Below, in pieces: positions 10,069-18,439 of a stretch of DNA of 64,000 nt (its first letter is position 1; each line of letters opens with the position of its first letter). The notes below the pieces were generated by a model. It was not told the origin of the DNA. It saw only the letters and a list, made by a program, of their open reading frames with translations, and ran no database searches. The DNA lies in NCBI GenBank assembly GCA_017613715.1, contig JAGADH010000180.1, positions 6,483-70,482 of the forward strand, written 5' to 3'. The position numbers were made by a program, and so were the translations under genes. This stretch comes from Desulfovibrio sp. (GTDB lineage: Bacteria; Desulfobacterota; Desulfovibrionia; Desulfovibrionales; Desulfovibrionaceae).

Positions 10069-11484
10069 TCAGGCTCGACGGGCTCTGTCTGAAGTCTCTG
10101 GCCTGGTCAGACGGGCCTCACAGGCAAAGCCGCCAAGGCAGGAGCTCTGCCCGAGACCCTTGAGCTGAATCAGGCTTCTGCGGTCCTTGGGCTTGGCTGC
10201 GGCTTCGCGCATCAGCCTGGCAAGTTCATGGATGGCCCAGTAATCGTTGAGGCCACCGCCGGCGACAAGATTCACAAAGTGATCGCTGCCGGAGAAAAAA
10301 GCGGCTTTTTGCCCTAAGGCCAGGACATTGTCGCCCTGAAAGCCAAGCTCTTTGGCTCGCAATCTGGCAAAGCGCAGGGAAGGTGCGCGCGTGGCGATCA
10401 GGGGGAGATCGCCGGCATGCTGCTGAAGCCAGAGAAAATCCTCTTTTTCAGGCGCTGAGATGGCGTCAAGGAAAACCCCGACCAGGCAAAAGCCGTGTTC
10501 GAGTAAGAGTCTGGCAAGGCTTAAGGGACGCATGCTGAGGGTATAGTCAAGAGTGATGGGGCGTGCGCCAAGTTCGCTCTTAAGTCTGGTTAGCGCTGCC
10601 TCTGCCTTGGCCTGACACGTTGCCAGATCAGGCAGGGGAATAGCCAGTTTTTCAGAAAGTTCTCGCAGGCCTTTTTCGATCTCAGAAAATGTAAAGCTTG
10701 CCGGCAGATCAAGGTGCAGCAGGCCAAGACGCTTTGCCAGATTTTTGGCAGCAAAAAGCGCATCAGCGTGCGTTGTGAGGAGATAGCAGCTTGTGCCAAG
10801 CTTCTGAAAGTCAGCATAGCTCTGGCAGCGGGCCAGCTCGCGCAGGCTGTAGCCTGCCTTGGCAAGCATTTGGTAGAGCACGCTCTCTCTGGCAAGCGGC
10901 CAGTCGTTGCCAATCAGGGTGATGGCCCGAGCATCAGTCTGGCCGGCTTTGTCCAGAGCTTCATAGATCTTGCTCTTGGTGCGCTCTTCATCAGTGGGTC
11001 CGCTTTTGCGCATGGTCGGCATCATGTGGCAGTCCATAAAGCGGATATCCGGAAAGCGTGCCTTGAGTCGTTCCAGCAGAGCAGGATAATCCATCTGCAC
11101 AAATTGATGCACGCAGCTTAAATAGAGCAGAATGAGCGGCGGACGCCTGGCAAGCTTTGTTACAATCTGGCAGATGGCCTGAAAGCAGCGCTCATCGAGC
11201 AGGCCGCTGGTCAGGTCCTCTTCGCTGAGGCCAATCCAGCTTAGGCGCGCCATGGCGCCCATTTCGGCGGCTGTCATGATCACCCCGCGCAGGCAGCCGC
11301 GCGCACAGATATAGAGCAGATGCGCTTCAGGAATCTGCAGGGCCATGTGCACAATATTCCAGGGACCGCGCACCGGCGCGTTGAATTCAAGCGTCTGGGC
11401 AAAGGGTTCGGGAAAGCTGGCCTGACTGACAGGCAGGATATAGCGTTGAGCAGCAAGGTGTGATGACATGGTATTGTTGGGCAT
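10069..11484 (-). CDS. Nitrogenase component-1-like oxidoreductase subunit (long type, copy 1)
   Basis: CARGCLRG, LSEEDLTSG, LYLSCVHQF..D; size and context match the paralog at 6822-8153. Confidence 0.82.
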   Translation of the reverse strand: MPNNTMSSHLAAQRYILPVSQASFPEPFAQTLEFNAPVRGPWNIVHMALQIPEAHLLYICARGCLRGVIMTAAEMGAMARLSWIGLSEEDLTSGLLDERCFQAICQIVTKLARRPPLILLYLSCVHQFVQMDYPALLERLKARFPDIRFMDCHMMPTMRKSGPTDEERTKSKIYEALDKAGQTDARAITLIGNDWPLARESVLYQMLAKAGYSLRELARCQSYADFQKLGTSCYLLTTHADALFAAKNLAKRLGLLHLDLPASFTFSEIEKGLRELSEKLAIPLPDLATCQAKAEAALTRLKSELGARPITLDYTLSMRPLSLARLLLEHGFCLVGVFLDAISAPEKEDFLWLQQHAGDLPLIATRAPSLRFARLRAKELGFQGDNVLALGQKAAFFSGSDHFVNLVAGGGLNDYWAIHELARLMREAAAKPKDRRSLIQLKGLGQSSCLGGFACEARLTRPETSDRARRA

Positions 11485-11489
11485 GCGGC

Positions 11490-12251
11490 TTAGGTCTTGT
11501 CGGCAAAACGCGTGAGCAGCGTCCTGGCAAGCTTGTGGAACTGGCTGGCAATCTCACTTTGGGGAAATACGCTCATGACGGCCTGGCCCTGGCGTTCGGC
11601 CTGGGTCAGGAGGGGACTGCGCGGGATATCGGCGAGTATGGTACAGCCAAGTTTCTGGGCCAGAGCCCGGACATTGTCCTCTTCGCCTTCCACATCGCGG
11701 CGGTTGAGGATGAGGCCCCCCAGCTGCGCATAGCCGCGGCCCCGGAAATTGGCGATGGCCTGGGCGATATTCTCTGCGGCATAGCAGGACATGCTCTCGC
11801 CCGAGGTGACTATGAGCACGTAATCGGCCTGCCCCTTGCGCATGGGCATGGAAAAACCGCCGCAGACCACATCCCCCAGGACGTCATAGAGCACACAGTC
11901 TATGCCAAGCCTGGCATAGGCTTCCTGCCGTTCAAGAAATTCCAGCACCATGCCGATGCCGCGGCCGGCACAGCCAAGACCGGGTGTAGGACCACCTGCT
12001 TCCACGCAGTAGACTCCGCAGTCTGCGCGGTAGACCGCCTCTTCGAGGCATAGCTGCTGCTTTTTTTCATGCAGAAGACGCAGAACCGGCGTAATCCTCA
12101 CCCCAGGGTGCAGGGTCAGGGTGGAGTCGGCTTTGGGATCACAGCCGATTTGCAGAACCTTCTGGCCAAGGGCTGTCAGAGCCAGAGCAAGATTGGCGCA
12201 GTTGGTGGATTTGCCAATGCCGCCCTTGCCGTAGATGGCAAATTTACGCAC
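11490..12251 (-). CDS. NifH/BchL/CfbC-family Fe-protein, copy 1
   Basis: GTG start after GGGAGG; AIYGKGGIGKST, QIGCDPKADST, EAGGPTPGLGCAGRG, YDVLGDVVCGGF. Confidence 0.93.
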   Translation of the reverse strand: MRKFAIYGKGGIGKSTNCANLALALTALGQKVLQIGCDPKADSTLTLHPGVRITPVLRLLHEKKQQLCLEEAVYRADCGVYCVEAGGPTPGLGCAGRGIGMVLEFLERQEAYARLGIDCVLYDVLGDVVCGGFSMPMRKGQADYVLIVTSGESMSCYAAENIAQAIANFRGRGYAQLGGLILNRRDVEGEEDNVRALAQKLGCTILADIPRSPLLTQAERQGQAVMSVFPQSEIASQFHKLARTLLTRFADKT

Positions 12252-13452
12252 CGGACACCTCCCTGCCGCTGAAACCCGGCAGCATGCTGATGGCACGTGG
12301 CAGAATGCCGCGCATGGCCGCAATGACAATGCCGTAATTAGTGACAGGCACGTTCTGGGCAAGAGCAAGGCGCAGGCGTGACTGCATCTCGCGGGCATTA
12401 AGCATACAGCCGCCGCAAAGCACACAGAGGGCAATTCCGCTCAGATCTTCAGGAAAAGCGTTGCCCGAGCTTGTGACAAAATTGAGCTTTTTGCCCGTAT
12501 GTGCCTTAAGCCAGCGCGGAATTTTGACCGTGCCGATATCTTCACACTGTCTGTGATGGGTGCAGCCTTCGGCCATGAGAATGGTATCGCCGTCTTTGAG
12601 CTGATCAATGGCCTGCACACCCTTGACGGCAGCTGCGAGATAGCCCTTGTAGCGGGCCATGAGAATGGAAAAGGAAGTTAAGGCAATCGAGTCAGGCGTC
12701 TCTTCTGCCACCTGATCAAAGACCTGGCTATCGCAAACCACAAGCTTCGGCCGGACTTTGTTCAGCGCTAGCGGAAGGGTCTGCGGGCTTGTCACAAGGC
12801 CGATGGCCTGACCTTCCAGAAGGTCGCGCAGCACCTGCTGTTGCGGCAGAATCAGCCGACCCTTGGGTGCGGCACTGTCGATGGGAATGACCAAAAGGCA
12901 AATCTCGCCGCAGCCTACCAGATCGCGGCAGAGGACCTGCTTTTGCTGCTCGTTCTGGCAGAGCCTCTGCGCTATGGTCTCACGCAGCTCAGGTATGTGA
13001 TAGCCCGTGCGGGCACTGACAAAGAAAAGATCCTTGGCCTTTTGGGCGCCCGGCTCAAGCAGATCGGCCTTATTGGCCACACAGAGCAGAGGCAGATGCT
13101 CGGCCTCGACGTTTTGGATAAAGGCCTGCTCTTCGCGAGAAAGACTTCTGCCGGCTTCTGTGACCAGCACAGCCAAATCCGTATGGGCCAGAACACGCAG
13201 GCTGCGGGCAATGCGCTTGGCACCGAGTTCGCTCGTATCGTCCAAACCCGGCGTATCAATGAGCAGGCACGGACCAAGAGGCAGAATTTCCATGGCCTTT
13301 TGCACGGGATCTGTGGTCGTGCCTTTCTTCTCGGAGACAATGGCCAGATCCTGGCCGGTAATGGCATTGACAAGGGAAGACTTGCCGGCATTGGTCAGAC
13401 CAAAGAAGGCAATGTGCGGGCGTTCGCCACTTGGGGTATCGTTGAGGCTCAT
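12244..13452 (-). CDS. hydF: [FeFe]-hydrogenase H-cluster maturation GTPase HydF
   Basis: MSLNDTP..ERPHI, GLTNAGKSS, GTTTDPV, DTPG, NKAD, APKGRLILPQ, EGCTHH...CGGC. Confidence 0.96.
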   Translation of the reverse strand: MSLNDTPSGERPHIAFFGLTNAGKSSLVNAITGQDLAIVSEKKGTTTDPVQKAMEILPLGPCLLIDTPGLDDTSELGAKRIARSLRVLAHTDLAVLVTEAGRSLSREEQAFIQNVEAEHLPLLCVANKADLLEPGAQKAKDLFFVSARTGYHIPELRETIAQRLCQNEQQKQVLCRDLVGCGEICLLVIPIDSAAPKGRLILPQQQVLRDLLEGQAIGLVTSPQTLPLALNKVRPKLVVCDSQVFDQVAEETPDSIALTSFSILMARYKGYLAAAVKGVQAIDQLKDGDTILMAEGCTHHRQCEDIGTVKIPRWLKAHTGKKLNFVTSSGNAFPEDLSGIALCVLCGGCMLNAREMQSRLRLALAQNVPVTNYGIVIAAMRGILPRAISMLPGFSGREVSGA

Positions 13453-14513
13453 GGGCTTTTCTCGCAGTTCTTTGCAAAGCGTGGGTGATCGCCACGGTCA
13501 AAGACAAGGTGATAGCCGATGCTGGTAACCTGCTTCTGCAGATCCTCCAGGGTCTGCTCAAGCGTTTTTTGTCCCGCCTTGCCATCGTAGAGCTGATAAT
13601 GCTTTTTGGCCGAAGGGGGGGTGAGATTGGGCATGATGACATTGCAGCCGTGCAGAATGCCCTCGGTATAGCCGCTGGCCTTTTGCGTGCGTAAGGCCGT
13701 GGTCGCCGGCAGCAGAAGTTCCGGCAAAAGCAGCCGGCAGAGGCTGAGGACATAGAGCGTAAGTCTGACTGAGCCAGGCTCGGCCTTGGCATAGACAGTG
13801 GCCTTGTGGGGAATAAAGGGGCCAGTGCCGAGCATTTCAGGCTGAAAGGCCTGAATAAAGGCACAATCCTGGGCAAGATGCTCAAGCGTCTGGCCTGGCG
13901 GGCCGATCAGCATGCCAGCCCCTGTCTGATAGCCAAGGGCTTTGAGCTCGTAGAGGCAGTTGAGGCGCTCATAGAAACTCTGGGCCGGGCTGTGCAGCTT
14001 TCGATAGAGCGCGTGCGAGGCTGTCTCATGGCGTAAAAGATAGCGCCTGGCCCCTGCGGCAAAAAGGGCGGCATAACTTTCGCGTGAGCGTTCGCCAAGG
14101 GAGAGAGTAATGGCTGAGTCGGGAAAATGCTCTCTGAGCTTTGTGATAAGTTCTGTGAGCCAGGCATCGCCAAGTCCCGGGTCTTCGCCGCCCTGCAGCA
14201 CAAAGCTGCGCAGACCAAGGGCGTGCCCTGCAGCACAAGAGGAGAGGATTTCCTCCTGCGAGAGCCTGTAGCGCACGAGCTCGCGCCGGCTTTTCTGCAG
14301 CCCGCAATAGTGGCACTCATTGCGACAAATATTGGTGAATTCCACAATGCCGCGCAGATAGATGCCAAGGCCGAAGTGTTCTCTGGCCAGCGCCTGGGCG
14401 CGCTTTTTTGCCTCCTCGAAGCTTGGCGAATCAACTTGCGAGAGAAGATCACGCCATTCATCAAAGCGCAGTTTTTTTTGCTTTACAAGCTTATCGAGCA
14501 GGGCAAAGGCCAT
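13449..14513 (-). CDS. hydE: [FeFe]-hydrogenase maturation radical SAM enzyme HydE
   Basis: RGIVEFTNICRNECHYCG (CX3CX2C), VLQGGED, LSLGE, RYLLRHET, GPFIPH, PATTAL, GCNVIMPNLTP, YQLYDGK. Confidence 0.94.
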   Translation of the reverse strand: MAFALLDKLVKQKKLRFDEWRDLLSQVDSPSFEEAKKRAQALAREHFGLGIYLRGIVEFTNICRNECHYCGLQKSRRELVRYRLSQEEILSSCAAGHALGLRSFVLQGGEDPGLGDAWLTELITKLREHFPDSAITLSLGERSRESYAALFAAGARRYLLRHETASHALYRKLHSPAQSFYERLNCLYELKALGYQTGAGMLIGPPGQTLEHLAQDCAFIQAFQPEMLGTGPFIPHKATVYAKAEPGSVRLTLYVLSLCRLLLPELLLPATTALRTQKASGYTEGILHGCNVIMPNLTPPSAKKHYQLYDGKAGQKTLEQTLEDLQKQVTSIGYHLVFDRGDHPRFAKNCEKSP

Positions 14514-14533
14514 AGCTTGCTTGTCTCATGGGG

Positions 14534-14776
14534 CTATTTGGAAAAGAGAGTCTGAGCCGTAACGCCCGGGAGCTTGCCGATTTTGCCGGAAAGGCTGCTG
14601 ACGGTATCCTGGGGGGCATCAAGCATCACCGAGATGATATTGATCTTTTTTTGCCTGTAGGGCAGACCCATGCGGCCGATGATGTTTTCACTGTACTGAT
14701 GCAGAAGATCATTGATGGCCGTAACACTCTGGGGATCGGAGACAATGATGGCGACAATGGCAACGCGGTTTTCCAT
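14534..14776 (-). CDS. TM1266-family iron-only hydrogenase system putative regulator (ACT/NikR-C-like)
   Basis: 80 aa; RVAIVAIIV...N.LLH.Y...IIGRMGLPY...I.IIS..LD......LSGKIG.LPGV pattern; directly upstream of hydE. Confidence 0.88.
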   Translation of the reverse strand: MENRVAIVAIIVSDPQSVTAINDLLHQYSENIIGRMGLPYRQKKINIISVMLDAPQDTVSSLSGKIGKLPGVTAQTLFSK

Positions 14777-14800
14777 GAGGGATTCCTAGGCTGGCGGTGG

Positions 14801-14838
14801 AAAGAAAAAAGGACACATGCCCTGGAAGCATGTGTCCT
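14801..14838 (-). terminator. Intrinsic terminator after hydB, inside the hydrogenase cluster
   Basis: 11-bp perfect stem AGGACACATGC/GCATGTGTCCT (14810-14838); a T tract follows on the minus strand. Confidence 0.75.
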
Positions 14839-14929
14839 GCAAGAAAAGCTGGCTCAAGCATGAGCGATTTTGCAGTCATCTTCCATCGCAAAGGCTTTTT
14901 TGATGTCAGAAGCTGGGGAAAAAGGCTTT

Positions 14930-15307
14930 TTAGTTTTCGTACGGATAGGGGTTCTTGAAAAATTCGGCAAAGCGCGGATTGGGATACTGACCCTTGGTCT
15001 TGAGCGCTGTGATGGACGAACTTCTGTCGAACCACTTGGTGTGCAGATCTTCTTCTGCGGATTCACTCAAGGGCTTTTTATAATAGTCCCTGTACAGTTT
15101 CTGTACCTGTTCATTGTCCTGACTGGCCTTCTTGGGGAAGCGCTCATCCTCGGCATAGACCGATTTGATGCGACTGCGCATGCAATCCTTGATTTCCATG
15201 ATTGCGGCGCAGGCCTTGCTTGTCATGCGCACTCCCATGAGCAGTCCGCCTGTCAGGATACAGGCACCTTTGAGAAAACCGCGGCGTGTACTGGATAAAA
15301 GGCTCAT
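14930..15307 (-). CDS. hydB: Periplasmic [FeFe]-hydrogenase small subunit with Tat signal
   Basis: STRRGFLK twin-arginine motif, R..SVYAED, SQDN..V..LY, PLS....LHT.WFD. Confidence 0.95.
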   Translation of the reverse strand: MSLLSSTRRGFLKGACILTGGLLMGVRMTSKACAAIMEIKDCMRSRIKSVYAEDERFPKKASQDNEQVQKLYRDYYKKPLSESAEEDLHTKWFDRSSSITALKTKGQYPNPRFAEFFKNPYPYEN

Positions 15308-15315
15308 GTGTCCTC

Positions 15316-16572
15316 CTAGGCCTGCTTCTGGGCTTCTGTGAGACGTTTGCGCAGGCTGGCAAAGAGATGCGTGGCCTTGCGATCGGCGTATTCAAGCAAT
15401 GTGGGCATCAGAGGCTGGCCGCCACCGCAGACGCAGCCACCGGGACAGGCCATGAATTCTATAAAATGATAGGGGCTTGTGCCTTTGCGCACATCTTCGA
15501 GCACTTTGGCAAAGCGTTTGGCACCGTGGACAACGGCAAGCTTGATCGGAATGCCACTGATGGTCACAGTGTATTCTTTGAAGCCCTTGAGGCCGCGCAC
15601 CTGTTTGAAGTCCCAGGTTTCGGGACGTTCACCGGTTACCGCCTGATACGCGTAACGCAGGGCAGCTTCCATCACACCGCCGGTCACACCAAAGATGGTG
15701 GCACCGCCAGTGGACTCGCCCATCAGACTGTCGCGTTCGCCATTGGGGAGCTTGGCGAAATCAATGCCTGCTTCCTGGATCATGTAGGCCAGCTCACGGG
15801 TATTGATGGTGGCGTCGATGTCACGCAGGCCCTTGTGCTCGTATTCAGGGCGCAAGCCTTCGTATTTTTTGGCCACACAGGGCATAATGGAGACGGTATA
15901 GATTTTTTTGGGATCGTAGCCTACGCGTTTGGCGCCATAGGTCTTGGCCATGCGGCCATTCATGCCGATGGGCGATTTACAGGAGGAGAAATGGGGCAGA
16001 AGGTCAGGATAAAAATGTTCGGCATAGCTCTGCCAGCCGGGACAGCATGAGGTAAATTGCGGCAGATCCTCTTTGTTCAGCAGACGGTGCACAAATTCCG
16101 AGGCTTCTTCCCAGATGGTCACGTCAGCGGCAAATTCCGTATCCCAGCAATTGGCAAAGCCAAGCTGTTTGAGGGCCGCAAGCATCTTACCGGTGGTTAC
16201 CGAACCCGGAGGCATACCAAAGGCTTCACCCAAGCCATAACGCACGGCAGGTGCCGGCATGGCAATGACCTTGGTGGATTTGTCCTTGAGTTTCTGCATG
16301 ATCTCGGGCACCCAGGTCTGCACTTCATAGATGGCCGATTCGGGACAGTGCACAAGGCACTGACCGCAATGGATGCACATCTCGGGATGCAGCAATTCGT
16401 GGGGTTCGCCCACACTACCGAAAATGGCTCCTGTGGGGCAGTATTCCTGACATGTGTCACAGCCCACACATTTGTTCTTGTCGATTTGAACAAAGAACAG
16501 CTCTTCTCCGTTCGCACCACGTTTCGGCACATTGAGTTCATAGTCAACGTGCGCCATTTTGACTCGAGTCAT
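15316..16572 (-). CDS. hydA: Periplasmic [FeFe]-hydrogenase large subunit
   Basis: Two CxxCxxCxxxCP ferredoxin motifs; H-cluster motifs [33 protein letters not shown]. Confidence 0.97.
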   Translation of the reverse strand: MTRVKMAHVDYELNVPKRGANGEELFFVQIDKNKCVGCDTCQEYCPTGAIFGSVGEPHELLHPEMCIHCGQCLVHCPESAIYEVQTWVPEIMQKLKDKSTKVIAMPAPAVRYGLGEAFGMPPGSVTTGKMLAALKQLGFANCWDTEFAADVTIWEEASEFVHRLLNKEDLPQFTSCCPGWQSYAEHFYPDLLPHFSSCKSPIGMNGRMAKTYGAKRVGYDPKKIYTVSIMPCVAKKYEGLRPEYEHKGLRDIDATINTRELAYMIQEAGIDFAKLPNGERDSLMGESTGGATIFGVTGGVMEAALRYAYQAVTGERPETWDFKQVRGLKGFKEYTVTISGIPIKLAVVHGAKRFAKVLEDVRKGTSPYHFIEFMACPGGCVCGGGQPLMPTLLEYADRKATHLFASLRKRLTEAQKQA

Positions 16573-16774
16573 TGCAACCTCTCAGATAATAGCGATCTCT
16601 CCCCAGCCAAAAGGTCCGGAGAAGGGTTTGTGTGGTTTTGGGCCGCACTGAGCGCGGTAAGCGGGGATTGCAAGGTAATCAGCAACTGACCGGAAAGCAT
16701 TCAGCTCTCTGATCCTGCAAGATCCTAAGCTTTTAACGTAAACTAGCAGAAAGATAGGTCAGAGGGAATAAAAA

Positions 16775-16790
16775 TGCAAGGTATTTTCCA
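16775..16790 (-). promoter_or_regulatory. Possible sigma54-type (-24/-12) promoter upstream of hydA
   Basis: Minus strand TGGAAAATACCTTGCA = GG-N10-GC with TTGCA, but it departs from the TGGCAC consensus. Confidence 0.3.
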
Positions 16791-17210
16791 AATGAGCGAG
16801 TTAGCGCTGGCATTATTCCTCGCTTGCAGTCAACGGCGTAAGCTCCTTTTTTTGTAAGGTGCAGGCCCGGGCCGTGCTCTGTGGAATAACATACGTTGAC
16901 AGAGTCATGCCTGAAAGGGAAATTCTCTTTCTTTGGATGTCTTATTCCTTGCTTCTTGCTCTTTCTGGCATTACTCAATCCTGGACAAGGCTTTTTTCAA
17001 ACCTCGTTTGTCTGGCATGGGCATTGTCGTAATCTCAGAGAGTCTGTCTTGGCCAAAGCAGACTCATCCTTTGCGTCCCGTATTTCTGCAAAGGACAGCC
17101 AGCTCTCTTTCTGCTGGCAAAAATCAATTCGGCAGCAAAACGCAAAAGCCTTTCCTGTGATAGTTCATGCCCTCGACGAGAAAGGACGCAAAAAACAAAG
17201 GAATTTTTCT

Positions 17211-17672
17211 ATGAAACATCTTTGGCTTGCTTTTGTCTTGGTCGTTTTTTCAAGCAGCACGGCTTTGGCCTGGACTATGACCATCAATACGGGCTCTGGC
17301 CGCTATGAATGCCGGCAGCTGGGAAGCGATCTCGAATGCCGTGTCAATGGCGCTGTTGTCGGCTGGGTCAAGCAGCGTGGCAGCGAAACGGTCTATACGG
17401 ATAATCGCAACGTCCAGCTCGGTTCGGCCTTCAGACTGGGGAACGGCTGGCAGTTTAAGGGTCCCAGGGGTGCGGTCCTGGGCACTGCCCAGGCTGAAGG
17501 CAGCGACCGTATGGTTTACAAGGACGGTTCCGGCAGAGTGATCGGCTACGCCAAGCGTGAGGGGAGCAGAACAGCCTACACCAATGCCGGCAATACCGAT
17601 ATCGGCAAGGCGGATACCAGTAGCATGCCCCTGCGTCCTTTGCCCCTGGAGGCCTGGCTGAAAAAGAAGTAA
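17211..17672 (+). CDS. Secreted hypothetical protein with ~20-aa beta-hairpin repeats
   Basis: Signal peptide MKHLWLAFVLVVFSSSTALA-W; repeats of type (V/L/I)G.A...G...Y....G; AAGGA RBS. Confidence 0.75.
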   Translation: MKHLWLAFVLVVFSSSTALAWTMTINTGSGRYECRQLGSDLECRVNGAVVGWVKQRGSETVYTDNRNVQLGSAFRLGNGWQFKGPRGAVLGTAQAEGSDRMVYKDGSGRVIGYAKREGSRTAYTNAGNTDIGKADTSSMPLRPLPLEAWLKKK

Positions 17673-17682
17673 GTGAAAAACA

Positions 17683-17714
17683 GAAAAGCCCCGTTCAAAG
17701 CGGGGCTTTCTTTT
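17683..17714. terminator. Bidirectional intrinsic terminator
   Basis: AAAGCCCCG...CGGGGCTTT stem with A and T tracts between convergent genes. Confidence 0.75.
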
Positions 17715-17775
17715 CGACGACGTCTGCTGCGCATCAGCTTGGAAGCTCTGCCTGGCACTCTTGTTTGTGGGATAC

Positions 17776-18423
17776 TTAAGCGTGAAGAGGCCAGTGGACG
17801 GGAAAACTGAAATAGGTGTCCGGATAGGGCTCATCAAGTAAGGAAAAATGCCACCATTCCTCGCGCAGGGGAGCAAAGCCGTGGCGCAGCATCAGATCCC
17901 TGAGATAGTGGCGATTTTCCTGCTGCTCGGCTGTGAGATTGCCGACATAATCCGAACGTGAGCGCTGGCCGAAAAAGTCGAAATTACTGCCCATATCCAT
18001 TTTACGGCCAAGCTTCATGTCAAAAAGCGTCAGATCCACGGCTGAACCACGGCTGTGGGCAGATTTGCGAAGAATAAAGCCGAGTTCAAAAAGCCGGTTT
18101 TTCTCAAGCTTGGGATAAAAATAGGGCTTCATGCGGATATCAAGGGGATCATCAGCCCAGCGTGAAAAGTGGTTGACTGCAGTCTGTGGCCTGTAGGCAT
18201 CATAGACCATGAGGCGGAAGCCATGATCCTGTGCTTCGTCGCTGACATCCTTGAGGGTCAGAGCCGCTTTCTTGGTCATGAGCGCACAGGACTGCTCGTA
18301 GCCGTCAATGCGTGTGCCGATGAAGTTATAGGTCGAGTAATAGCGGATATCCAGAAGAATATCCGGGATGATATCGGACAAAAGGACAAAGTCCGAAGGC
18401 GTCTTGGACGGGACACAGGACAT
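17776..18423 (-). CDS. D-alanyl-D-alanine dipeptidase (VanX/DdpX, peptidase M15D)
   Basis: DIRYY...NFIG, YDAYRPQ, SAHSRGSAVD, MGSNFDFF, EEWWHF. Confidence 0.92.
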   Translation of the reverse strand: MSCVPSKTPSDFVLLSDIIPDILLDIRYYSTYNFIGTRIDGYEQSCALMTKKAALTLKDVSDEAQDHGFRLMVYDAYRPQTAVNHFSRWADDPLDIRMKPYFYPKLEKNRLFELGFILRKSAHSRGSAVDLTLFDMKLGRKMDMGSNFDFFGQRSRSDYVGNLTAEQQENRHYLRDLMLRHGFAPLREEWWHFSLLDEPYPDTYFSFPVHWPLHA

Positions 18424-18439
18424 GGCGCAGGCCTTTTGC

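Noticed and set aside
5758-12251. Calling the nif-like genes a true nitrogenase (nifHDK)
   Set aside because: Component-1 subunits are short and lack the full P-cluster and FeMo-co ligand set; no nifB/nifE/nifN; context is hydrogenase maturation
13449-14513. Radical SAM gene as hydG or biotin synthase
   Set aside because: 354 aa with HydE motifs (YLLRHET, GPFIPH, NVIMPNLTP, YxLYDGK); lacks the HydG C-terminal CxxC-x22-C extension
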